Shown here in pieces: positions 40,601 to 44,939 of a stretch of DNA of 64,000 nt. A model generated the notes under the pieces. That model was not told where the DNA came from and did no database searches. It saw nothing but the letters and a program-made list of their open reading frames with translations. A program made the translations under genes and the position numbers. This DNA comes from a virus, in the IMG/VR virus record IMGVR_UViG_3300045988_127105, positions 1 to 64,000 of that record. The stretch is one strand, 5' to 3'. Every line of letters starts with the position of its first letter. Within the stretch, counting starts at the first letter, position 1.

Positions 40601-43600
40601 TCTCTTTTACCTTTTCACTCTCAGCGTAAGCCACCGAGTTCATAACCTCCAACATCTCCTGATAGTTCTTGGCATAGTCCTCCGTCTTTTCCACATGGTC
40701 AAGCTGCACGTCCTTCTTGCTTACGAAGTCCATTTCCTTTGTATTCGGGTCAAGCACGCTAAGCATGTCGCCAACGTTTTCTCTCGCTCTACCTTCACTA
40801 TCAAACGCAACATCGCCAGCTCCAACAATCAGCAGTCTGCCATTGTTGTCCTTCACAAACAACATCTGGCCGCCCTCTTGCTTCTCGCCGTTCAGCTCGC
40901 CCTTGTAGCTCCATTGCTCCACATGTTTCTGCACGGTCTCAGCAATCTTCTGTTCAGTTCCGCGATACATGCCCACAGCCTTAGCCTTGGCGTTGATATA
41001 GTCGGCAAAAGGTGCAAGCTGTTCCTGCGTCAGTCCCGAGTTTATCAGCTCCATGTATATCTGAGGTTCCGAAAGACCCTCCTTTGTCAGTCTCTCATAC
41101 TCCTGCTTCAACACATCGTTGCTTTCCAAGGCTGCATTAAACGCCTTCTCTGCATTCTTCATGTTGTTCAGCACCTCATCCACAGCCTCGTTGTTAGGAT
41201 TCTCCGTGCCAAGGTTATTCTCCTCAACCACGTCCTTGCCCTCTGTCTGCGACTGGTCGGGATGCAACGTTCCTTCCGGGAACTGTTCTCCCTCATAAGC
41301 CTTTCTCAGAGCCACACAAGCGTTCTGTTCCTCCTCGCTACGCTTCAACGGGTCTTTGTCCATAGCTGCCTTCAACTGTTCAGCAGTAAAGCCAAACGTC
41401 TCAGCTACAGTCTCCAATGTTTCTTGTGCCGTTTTTTCGTCCTTTATCTGAGCTGCACCATAGGCATTACTCAAACGTTGGTTTTCGCGTCTCAGTCTGA
41501 GTGAGTAAACTACAGAGTCTCGTTCGTCTTCAGTTTTGACGATATGTTCTGACAATAGCTCTCCATATTTACTATACTCGCTTATAGTGCCTCCTCCATA
41601 ACCAATATACTCCATCATAGGACGTGACGAAGGAACCGTTCCCATAACCAAAGCAGAGAACTTAGCCTTTGTGTCCCAAGGTATTGTATTGTCTGCCATT
41701 ATCTCATCATAGGCAGTCTTCACAAATTCAGCGTCCGTATCCTTATACGACTCCTCGCCCTTTCCTCTGGCTGTTGTCTTCTTGGTTCGCAATGCCCAAT
41801 GAGTAAATCCTTCCGGTCTTAACGGCATGTCTTCTATAAGCCTTTCGTACATTTTTCGTAACGGTGCCTTGTTACTTCCGAACAACTGTTCTTTCTCCTC
41901 ATTGGTGAATGTATATCCACCAAATGATGCTCGCTGACCGTCAGACACCATAAGGTTGGCAAGGTTTCTCTTCACCATGTCAAGATAGCTTTCCTTTTTG
42001 CCATCCTTCGTATAACGATTAGGCAGTCTTGCGTGTGTCAGCTTCAAGGCTACAACGTTGGCACAAGCCTCAAGTGTGCCTTCAACGCTCCAGAAGTCGG
42101 TATCATGTCCCTCTATCATCTTGGCGACATTACCACCGACGTGCATACCCCAACCTTCCATCGCTATTTGAAACACCTTGGCTGGAATACGCTTCACGCC
42201 ACTCACATTATAGATTCCTGCACCTACAGCACCACCAATGCCACCCATAGTAGCCCAGCTTGCGCCCTCAGAAAGACCGCCCATAGTCATAAGCTTCACG
42301 GTATTGCCTATCGAAGTGTCGTCGCCAGTAGAGTAGTTCTGCACGGCTGCATTCGTCGAACCGTACAGCACACCCGTCACGCCTTGACTCACAGCACCCG
42401 CTGTAGCCATTCTGACGATACGACCGCGCAATGACGTGTTCGCTATTCTTGCAGCCTGGGCTACTCCGTTACCCATAACCTTGCCTGCCACGGCTGCACC
42501 AGCCTTTCCTAATGCACCAAACACAGGAGCGTCTGCAGCAAAGCTCAATGTTCCGCGTGCCACTCTCGCACCCATACCCGGTTTAACATAAGGATTTTCC
42601 CCGTTGTCGGTCATAGCCATTCCTTGCTGAGCATACTGTCTCTGCTTCTTCGACATCATACCCATCGACAAGATAGTGCCTATCATCGAGTCGTTGACAC
42701 CACGGATGATATATTCTGCCGTACTCTTAGGCATATTACGGCTCAATTCGCTCTTCTCAAACTCCTCAGCTATCTTTGCTTGCAAGCCAGGAGCTATATA
42801 ATTCTTTACATAATCCTCTGGGTCGATACCTAACGAAGCTGCCTTTTCTGCTATTTCCTTCTGCATCTTCGGGTCGGAGAACAACCCAGCCATGTCTTTC
42901 TCGGCATTCTTGCTGAGCTGATTCATTAGCTTGTCAGGATCAAGGGCTTCATTGTAAGCCTTACCTGCTGCCATATATGCAAATGGAGAGGCCTTGCTCA
43001 AAGCATCTTCTGCTGCAACACCTTTAACTGTCGCATCCTTAAACATCTTTTGGATACTATTGTTTATATATCCGCCAAGCTGTTTGTCAACAAGCTGTCT
43101 GCTGCTTTCTTCCAACTCATCCTCCAACTGTCCGCGTGTCTTAACAATATTGTTGTTCACGTCCTCGTTCCCAAGGTCAAAGGCAGGAGCATTACGTCTG
43201 TCTCGCTCACGGTTTGTAAATTGTCTTCCTGCCTGCTCCACATTCTGCCCCACGATATGCTGTCTCTCCCTTGTCTGCTTCACCATCTGTTTCACAGCAC
43301 CCGGCTTTGTGTAGCTCACGGGAGCCTGTAATCTCTGTACGGCATTCGCATTCTTCAATCCGCGCACAAGCTCGCTATCATTCTCCATCGGCGCTGAAGC
43401 GCTCTCATATGCCGTAGTGTTTCCATGTGTTACAACACCACCGCCCCACTTCTCTTTCGCCACGCTCTGTTGTGCTCTGCCTAATGCGGTCTTTGGTTGC
43501 TGCTGAGGCTTTGTCGCTCTTGGCTTCTGCAACTTGCGCATAAACTCCTCATACGAACCACCCAAGTCAGCACCATTCTTTGTGAACAGGTCGTACACAG

Positions 43601-43724
43601 CCTTTCTGTTGGCATAATTGCTGTTACCAGTAAACTTCTTTTCGAATGTATTATAGTCCTGGCTATAGCCGTTGTCAGCCATAAGCTTGTACATCCTCTG
43701 CAACTTACTTCTATCTATTGCCAT
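25683..43724 (-). CDS. Giant polyvalent protein (6,013 aa): zincin x3, N6-adenine-type MTase, SNF2-like helicase, ParB-like (tentative), membrane-active termini
   Basis: Uninterrupted 18,042-nt ORF. Motifs read from the translation: EPSAGNG and VVTNPPFG; IIGDMTGIGKGR, LILDESH, QMRGRIDRTGQ; HESVH, HEYAH, HETVGH; Gly/Ala-rich hydrophobic N-terminal stretch; C-terminal hydrophobic helix. Confidence 0.9.
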   Translation of the reverse strand: MAIDRSKLQRMYKLMADNGYSQDYNTFEKKFTGNSNYANRKAVYDLFTKNGADLGGSYEEFMRKLQKPRATKPQQQPKTALGRAQQSVAKEKWGGGVVTHGNTTAYESASAPMENDSELVRGLKNANAVQRLQAPVSYTKPGAVKQMVKQTRERQHIVGQNVEQAGRQFTNRERDRRNAPAFDLGNEDVNNNIVKTRGQLEDELEESSRQLVDKQLGGYINNSIQKMFKDATVKGVAAEDALSKASPFAYMAAGKAYNEALDPDKLMNQLSKNAEKDMAGLFSDPKMQKEIAEKAASLGIDPEDYVKNYIAPGLQAKIAEEFEKSELSRNMPKSTAEYIIRGVNDSMIGTILSMGMMSKKQRQYAQQGMAMTDNGENPYVKPGMGARVARGTLSFAADAPVFGALGKAGAAVAGKVMGNGVAQAARIANTSLRGRIVRMATAGAVSQGVTGVLYGSTNAAVQNYSTGDDTSIGNTVKLMTMGGLSEGASWATMGGIGGAVGAGIYNVSGVKRIPAKVFQIAMEGWGMHVGGNVAKMIEGHDTDFWSVEGTLEACANVVALKLTHARLPNRYTKDGKKESYLDMVKRNLANLMVSDGQRASFGGYTFTNEEKEQLFGSNKAPLRKMYERLIEDMPLRPEGFTHWALRTKKTTARGKGEESYKDTDAEFVKTAYDEIMADNTIPWDTKAKFSALVMGTVPSSRPMMEYIGYGGGTISEYSKYGELLSEHIVKTEDERDSVVYSLRLRRENQRLSNAYGAAQIKDEKTAQETLETVAETFGFTAEQLKAAMDKDPLKRSEEEQNACVALRKAYEGEQFPEGTLHPDQSQTEGKDVVEENNLGTENPNNEAVDEVLNNMKNAEKAFNAALESNDVLKQEYERLTKEGLSEPQIYMELINSGLTQEQLAPFADYINAKAKAVGMYRGTEQKIAETVQKHVEQWSYKGELNGEKQEGGQMLFVKDNNGRLLIVGAGDVAFDSEGRARENVGDMLSVLDPNTKEMDFVSKKDVQLDHVEKTEDYAKNYQEMLEVMNSVAYAESEKVKEKSEKSDTKTESVVTPKEGASAPGVEDVKPIGEGEKKNPSDNGNGSNETLTFADGSPVPMMKDTKGRETADYSQMTPEQGAEWMSSQFGENAETAVDGQIKRAEKMLKEAEKIKVDYTGDLNDAKEAEAQKTKAVDAAKAELELYTNIKKVMTANKVKAGMEKVGSVGEEGSVGSVGEVSVAVREKFEKSKKIPGRRGSITLPDGTKITGQYFYGEVSGLTPSHDPFNDFKQNEGFPVNEDGSSSNSRSYKDKESRLFTEKIGRDFGGQALKNVPVVQDGILLSGNGTTMGKQLAERYGTDGKYYESLSENAEGFGWTPKQIEEAGFKGTVYFVPDKKMPLTSKTFDLFNRQETKSIGNTEQSVKNAKVLSTDEVGAIIAEIEGSGSLDAFFNNPTAINSLLKRLIDKGVIGLNEIAGLREGEDKLSAAGKDFVKNLLLGSVFSENTIRMMGADAMLKTKALNGIRAVTDNMKLGDYALMKEIDQAVQLLYEARQGGSGVDAYLRTPAMFGENAADRFDPISQAIALALEGKVEDFRELMMAYNRNAAPYADANQTEMFGERPTNEEFIKEFLKLRNWKNYETRHSSKEGNGDAGSSEGTEPQAPGGNVITSEADYNKAVEQLKEAKGEERERILDQMGEYVKEFAKSNGYDEPVVLRTKQDLADAAKTENDKTIIENMPEGAHYPGYYEDGKIHIYLEGSTGSEELRETFEHESVHADNEVDPSRVEALVYSITDMNTLTREELERVVEVLSNMKEYTERASEMDDTDALYMLADEALAHLVTYAQEHGKDAMSEITDNPTLLNISEKSLKERENDRRRKEGLAKSGDKTLERKNIDDVSTEENGGPLEGDKEGKPGNDNGGSPDRDVQARKGQREVDKAIKRIATEITKKTGIEVVTDEKEAEEVIRESEETDSDLKYHKETDEATLEELENGETVKVYRAMQVIDGKLYPPMAAAVNGKRVEANELGVWIRADENPDLAIPDIDSKTKEQKVDKKTGELKWKFKLDKGGKDATGKKATDIPAAYNPYWHTSRSPLNDQFKSAWIRPNIVVVECEVPVSELSSGYKAERAKDAVGEVDWKSGVVSGEVYKQTGRARKVILSRWCKPVRVLSDAEVAQRAKEFVGDAKVEIPENVLTPRQRIEFEKAGFKIGAPEKGVKKSDQINEALKRGLQIDNSVKEFRTAKGEVYGFTDGEKIYLDTKKMKPETPLHEYAHLWCDMLRKVNPKEWENVKKLFDKVEGLKEEVQKLYPELEGDALYEEMITTYSGREGTKKLEDVVRKLAAEEGKSVTESAKAQGFLEKVKVALTKYWKGVADVLGIHFTTAEEVADKVLADWAKGVDPRGSEKGKVKSEESDSKVEGVVTPKGDIKDATAPKGEEPLAILPKKEEKAFDPIGKAAENYKKDHPLTEGEIRSSDVDDIAKDMAVDYLNGEVTDDLHRAVYESIYEKVKDAKMKNATKQADNKTETTETPKVEASASPIEGLKNAAEKFAKEKEAAAEAMGEVKKPQQKADDAAVEASNKKVNDLWNDLLKAGREDLSASFIGLNARQLEVLPKLVSAMAENAYLRIKRGMHNLEDVVKEMRKEFAPAAQVFKKEDVDAIYEQMMNIRYRDGEQRMSLKEWADYYEKSSPKHKEELVGDSKEAEDRKLREKRFVDKVNIQLGFGHKFNGIVELRKMAEKCGLKDVKDTDLQELAETAIVHRARGIASSESTNNTEKFKRIKKLYENQPSLNQRDSERVMKQQYSTPAPYAFLADMYVKAGIEVKSALEPSAGNGMLTIGLPKDAVHVNDIDAQRLANLQRQGFKNITSQDGTQPFADKDVDVVVTNPPFGSATTKEYDGYKISSLEGQMAINALESMKDNGRAAIIIGGKTEYAKNGSLNPKDKALLGFLYSHYNVEDVINVDGSLYAKQGTTYPTRIILINGRRFDENAYPPVKDKARAEAVKSYDELYKRINDDILRSGRMDSPVGEGGEDANAKPNRPSVADVNEEGVRAGGNGGGEQKPSVRTGGVHDKTAEPVSDNVLGTEGGTKPGENGGLPDGATGANGAGAEPTPSKEPTTGTNKQRGNEPGGNGRPNTQPNADETTDAGNGGRPRGQLERVDRPVRGLSAEKVAYTPRSENPFTLKAVMPADQQDAVNKNLEKLGDADQFLVDELGYNDKADLYAHLAAEQVDSVALALQQAKKGNAFIIGDMTGIGKGRQAASLIRYAKKQGQVPVYFTKTAGLLSDVYRDLVDIGSKELRPFVFGSAKEAAITDADGNVVFALPSKSEVKRVLDYIEKNGELPKEYDYVLTTYSQVSNGVYEFDENGNRKERKLAKGKKFGAAAISGQARRDAIEKLMKNGYLILDESHTAGGDSGQGNYFQHIIQKAKNVTFFSATFAKRPDNMPIYALRTAMNQGGLKASDLIDAVKRGGATLQEIMSQALTQCGQMIRRERDMTGVTIDWKAIDDPEVVAEQREQYDSIIGLFNDIINFQRTYVSAYVDRRNEELAEVQSSMGIKRGTEALGIKNQPFASKAFNTVQQVLLSLKAKSAAERAIDYLKQGMKPVIALNNTNESQTGNLALGEEMDAPDLGTSLKKGLEGTLRYTSKNAKDESESGYINLSDLGADAVEAYHALEEKIRKTSTGLSLSPIDVIKNELTKAGYKVGELTGRQTEFAYNENGTVTKVKRADTDKKKLAREFNDGQIDALILNKSAATGISLHASSKYADQRKRVMIVAQQQLDVNDEVQMRGRIDRTGQVARGAYEYVVSLIPAEQRLLMMFKAKLKSLDANTTSSQKSKFNEMEVADITNKYGDKVVKEYMAEHLDLYARMADPFGWEKSYGADLSAVDPQKLVSSSDGMSSEAGGDASKLLGRMALLKVKEQEKMLQEIGDLYAAEIQRLNEMGENDLEITELPLKAKTINKGVWKEGSEPGGDNAFADNTYVEKVNMAVLKKPMKAEEVKKAQDGLTGGKSWDEYKKEKKKAIEDYFINKAKEEGAKIEERARKAAAKAREKHLKDALRNQKNSGMTDEQIAQMAIYQQDNIYKVENEKGEEVVKNLKAKAEMFYRILETFNTEDAFVLPTDMNNPAELSGFGNSYGRLIDIKITDNFSPNASTVSFATLDGRRKITFPINGKAGLGSDKADVIGIIDRLTRQASAMGDNHLRVLSMDTSNWDKLTSNESRKDGYIITGNLLQALIDTKEQGLGGQLVKYTTDTGDVKTGILMPGNFEPNGLANEKPINSVAEKFELPSNKGGITEVTSSDGDVKIEQGFDYMKMARNYTIRVPKSNKKGGKYFLDKELLKMVDGGNFETRGNTMLAEVKEEKLKDVLDRLSELGVKVKEESKVHYRMELGDTFSDSKEHFDAVRDRAVEEKGIVMPNLNKEKVKVVEVEKSPFGNNIETSLKNAREWARENLVTMGKTEMPTMRDGTPYIISKRAVEKYLSESAVRKSENLDIHLSVLPKLTDVIHESIEAEIHADYNVKDETGKRKAELGYGNNILVHRLYGAVEMDGKIYRVKTTMQEFRGGEENKPHSYEVTKIELPDTPGTAVLPDSSPLDMTPSNSKNITSEGSEKANESDSLPLNSTTNGYISTAKLLQGVEKSYDSGKKLLDESKNLTDGETFFRKEGDGVVTPEKTSGTSNAVSERIIKTVEKVAKRTGGKVKMVNSVEEIENPKVRKDIENGKQVTGWYDEKTGEVHLYMPNIHDSYTAEKTVWHETVGHKGMRGLLGDKFNDYMRGLWMDLDNPINAELRAYVKEKMNMNHLGFYDAIEEFIAKSAEDGKGEPGFWNYIKNKVTDALHEIGYRVSPNVKAVKYMLWLAKNVQKHGDSPLWKMRAEAVRWKIEHEKTEYTKIEGGELYDNDGKSHDFEGMSREEWLEATDGEIHYRTAPSAATALDRYHHALDRHSYMATEAFMDNMLSLKKLMEAIDPSIRKIEDVNSSMNPYLMQNITEGMMSDKSKLFEIRYMDPLSKAMSSVLDSFDGKKVEDRIRNFNLYMIRKHGLERNRVLFVRDWIRSEKGKVKSEESDSVDALETAWKDERSDLRKKLDSGQIDLKEYYRQMDEWIVQNLDKDFKAEEHDYSGMHGLQGIDDMKSPYDDAGAIDEVVSQEASMESMKKGSVADFWKKVKAATDYSVNSDYENNIITKETHDGVLNMFDWYVPLRKFDEATAEDVYGYVTEMGDPSNYIGTTLMNAKGRKSLSNVEILAQIGLMGNRAIRNGGQNSIKLAFARFVRNSGEQNLVKETKVWVEKTGTDLNGNDIWEEAYPQIPEGASADDVASIVDAFETDMRTKQAKGEAKSLSNGTDIGFKFQRAKDKSQHFVDVKIAGRTHRFVVLGNPRAAQALNGMLENGKASVRSLQAVTRWMAMASTSWSPEFVMRNIVRDMEFASSHVAAKEGGRYLAKWSRYYGELNPLNMFYNEGAGSLKSMKMKDFKNGVGFGLYARYREGTLGNSKMERYFKEFMENGGETGFVQLFSMHDMEKSYKSIVEKESAKGAKKVMVNAVEVLKKLGENVENLNEVAENMARFATYCTSRDLGRSAARSAYDAKEVSTNFNRHGSGDAIKSFKNGEMGDWQKARRNTYGFVAGYLRNYSMFFNAGIQSTNLLFKNIKRAPVGTTVAMTSAPFALALIMAAVNNAIIQNEDDKDRGNVKDPYGELPDYIRRNNLCIYVGNNKFVTVPLAIELRAFYSLGDLAAGQTFAKNVKSQRNMAMDAVGCMSQLFPVMDFLNNPNYEKSLENGVGMTTEGIAPTAIVPFIEWWLNNDWKGAPIRRTGDKTELNPAWQNAYNNVPARLVDLNKWVNAKTNNIAPGNPEMKGNEVLDWATDPSMLNHFFGSWSGGMGTFTQRTAGLVAKATTGKTDEIEVGDVPFLRSLFYTPREQSSMARTKAKWYNYKEEMEQTIANNDKLNSKNVPTMKRIENAAALEKFEGSPEQRKVNIIKNAEKRMRHWNTMRKKWADDKKQVDFANKNIEMIMQEAVEDLDRIE
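26725..26820 (-). other. Hydrophobic helix in the C-terminal region of the giant protein
   Basis: APVGTTVAMTSAPFALALIMAAVNNAII. Confidence 0.5.
28563..28601 (-). repeat. Intragenic linker repeat, copy A (encodes SEKGKVKSEESDS)
   Basis: 39 nt, 38/39 identical to 36531-36569. Confidence 0.9.
29487..29504 (-). other. HExxGH zincin-type motif (third metallopeptidase-like module)
   Basis: VHLYMPNIHDSYTAEKTVWHETVGHKGMRGLLG. The first His is aa 4741. Confidence 0.55.
29753..29764 (+). repeat. Copy 3 of GTGTTACAACAC (giant ORF aa 4654-4657, GVVT)
   Basis: Exact 12-mer in the context GGTGTTACAACACC. Confidence 0.9.
32350..34100 (-). other. SF2 / SNF2-like helicase module of the giant protein
   Basis: Motif I GDMTGIGKGR (about 34001-34040), motif II LILDESH (DESH at 33546-33557), motif VI QMRGRIDRTGQ (32380-32412). 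Confidence 0.75.
34820..35375 (-). other. N6-adenine-type DNA methyltransferase module of the giant protein
   Basis: SAM-binding LEPSAGNG (about 35275-35295) and catalytic DVVVTNPPFG (NPPF at 35109-35120). Confidence 0.8.
36503..36569 (-). repeat. Intragenic linker repeat, copy B, including copy 4 of GTGTTACAACAC (aa 2402-2405)
   Basis: CCTTCGGTGTTACAACACC (36503-36521) plus the 39-nt block 36531-36569. Encodes SEKGKVKSEESDSKVEGVVTPKG. Confidence 0.9.
36957..36971 (-). other. HExxH zincin-type motif (second module)
   Basis: EKIYLDTKKMKPETPLHEYAHLW. The first His is aa 2252. Confidence 0.55.
38454..38468 (-). other. HExxH zincin-type motif (first module)
   Basis: KIHIYLEGSTGSEELRETFEHESVHAD. 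The first His is aa 1753. Confidence 0.55.
39721..39960 (-). other. ParB / DdrB-like stretch (tentative)
   Basis: GLTPSHDPFN ... VPVVQDGILLSGNGTTMGKQLA resembles the ParB-superfamily core strand-helix, from memory only. Confidence 0.3.
40553..40619 (-). repeat. Intragenic linker repeat, copy C, including copy 5 of GTGTTACAACAC (aa 1052-1055)
   Basis: 59/67 nt identical to 36503-36569 by hand alignment. Encodes SEKVKEKSEKSDTKTESVVTPKEG. Confidence 0.85.
42190..42600 (-). other. Gly/Ala-rich hydrophobic region near the N-terminus of the giant protein
   Basis: GMGARVARGTLSFAADAPVFGALGKAGAAVAGKVMG ... GGIGGAVGAGIY. Confidence 0.5.
43427..43438 (+). repeat. Copy 6 of GTGTTACAACAC (giant ORF aa 96-99, GVVT)
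   Basis: Exact 12-mer. Confidence 0.9.
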
Positions 43725-43736
43725 ATATTTTTCAAA

Positions 43737-44939
43737 TTAAAGTTTAAAACCCGATGCCCAACCTCTTTTCTTCGGCTTGGCGTTATTCTTTCGTGAGGCT
43801 CTTGCCTTGTTCTGCTGCTGAGCCGCCTGACTCGTCATAGAAGGGCCTTTCTTTCGTTGTGTCGTTGTAACCTCCTCGCCTTTAGAATTGTAGGCCTTCG
43901 TGCTAACCGAAGTACTTGACTCACCATGCGGCAACGCTCCATACTCACGATAATATTCTTGCTCCCACATCGTCTGGTTTGGTTGATAACGCATTTTGCC
44001 GCTTTTGTCCACAAACCAATACTTGCCGCCCGATGTCTTGCCTCCTCTGCCAGAACCGCTCTTTGCTGCTCGTTTTGCAGATATGGCAATGCGTCTGTCT
44101 GTCTGACCGTTCTTAATTTTGTCCTGCTCCTTCTTATACGCAAACTTATCATCGGCAAGCTTGGCGTTATGTTCATCCTTTCCTTTCTGATGCCCAAATC
44201 TGTCCTCAGCCAATTTTTGTGCCTTTTCACGTATGCCAAGAGCAAGGTTTTTATAAGCTCTGTCTGCATCTGCTGCATCCATCTTTATCTGCAAGTTGGC
44301 ATTCTTATACGCAGCGTCAGCCTCAGCAGCAGCCTTTCTCGCACGTTCTGCCTTTCTCTTGTCAAGGTCTGCTTGCATCTCGGCAGTCGGACTATTAAAC
44401 TTCTGTAGCGCAGCGCCCTTGGAGGTATTATAGATATTCCCCATGTGTCGTATTGCATCAGCTAAAGTGGCTATGCGCATATTGTTTCTCGTCATGCGCT
44501 CGTCATAATCATCATCACTCTCGCCTTCACGCCTTCCTGGTCGCTTCTTCGACAATCCGCCAAGCCACTTAAAGAAACCACCATCCCTTTGACTATCGTC
44601 CTTCTCAAACACAGCAGTAACACCCTTATCACCACCAACAGCACCCAAATCAACACCACCCAAAGGCTTAGAGTTAAGAGCGTAAGAGGATGGCATACTT
44701 CCCTCTAACTCCCTCGGATTTGACGTCTGCCACGGTTGTTGAGCATTGCTGCCCTCATTCACTGGCTTACCGTAAGGTGACCATCCTACATTTACAGGCA
44801 TATTCTCAAACGTAGTAGGTCGTTTACCGCTAAACACATTAGCCGGTTGCTGAGGCTGTGCCAAAACACCAGGAGCCACAACACCAGGCTGTGTTACAAC
44901 ACCCTCCCTCTTCTCCTTATCGTCCAATACTGTGTTCAT
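43737..44939 (-). CDS. Hypothetical basic / coiled-coil protein (candidate internal virion protein)
   Basis: 400-aa ORF ending 12 nt upstream of the giant ORF start. The N-terminus carries EGVVTQPGVV. Confidence 0.6.
   Translation of the reverse strand: MNTVLDDKEKREGVVTQPGVVAPGVLAQPQQPANVFSGKRPTTFENMPVNVGWSPYGKPVNEGSNAQQPWQTSNPRELEGSMPSSYALNSKPLGGVDLGAVGGDKGVTAVFEKDDSQRDGGFFKWLGGLSKKRPGRREGESDDDYDERMTRNNMRIATLADAIRHMGNIYNTSKGAALQKFNSPTAEMQADLDKRKAERARKAAAEADAAYKNANLQIKMDAADADRAYKNLALGIREKAQKLAEDRFGHQKGKDEHNAKLADDKFAYKKEQDKIKNGQTDRRIAISAKRAAKSGSGRGGKTSGGKYWFVDKSGKMRYQPNQTMWEQEYYREYGALPHGESSTSVSTKAYNSKGEEVTTTQRKKGPSMTSQAAQQQNKARASRKNNAKPKKRGWASGFKL
44891..44902 (+). repeat. Copy 7 of GTGTTACAACAC (aa 13-16 of the 400-aa protein, GVVT)
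   Basis: Exact 12-mer. Confidence 0.9.

Noticed and set aside
28932-41504. Many long plus-strand ORFs inside the giant gene (for example 36219-37505 at 428 aa, 28932-29804 at 290 aa, 40695-41504 at 269 aa, 37075-37752 and 37509-38174).
   Set aside because: They are antisense shadows of one continuous 18-kb minus-strand ORF that carries clear enzyme motifs. Their translations are Leu/Ser/His/Arg-rich low complexity without motifs.
25683-43724. The giant ORF as a crAss/N4-type virion RNA polymerase.
   Set aside because: The motifs I can read are MTase, SF2 helicase and HExxH modules, not polymerase catalytic motifs. A cryptic polymerase module in the unassigned regions cannot be excluded without profile searches.
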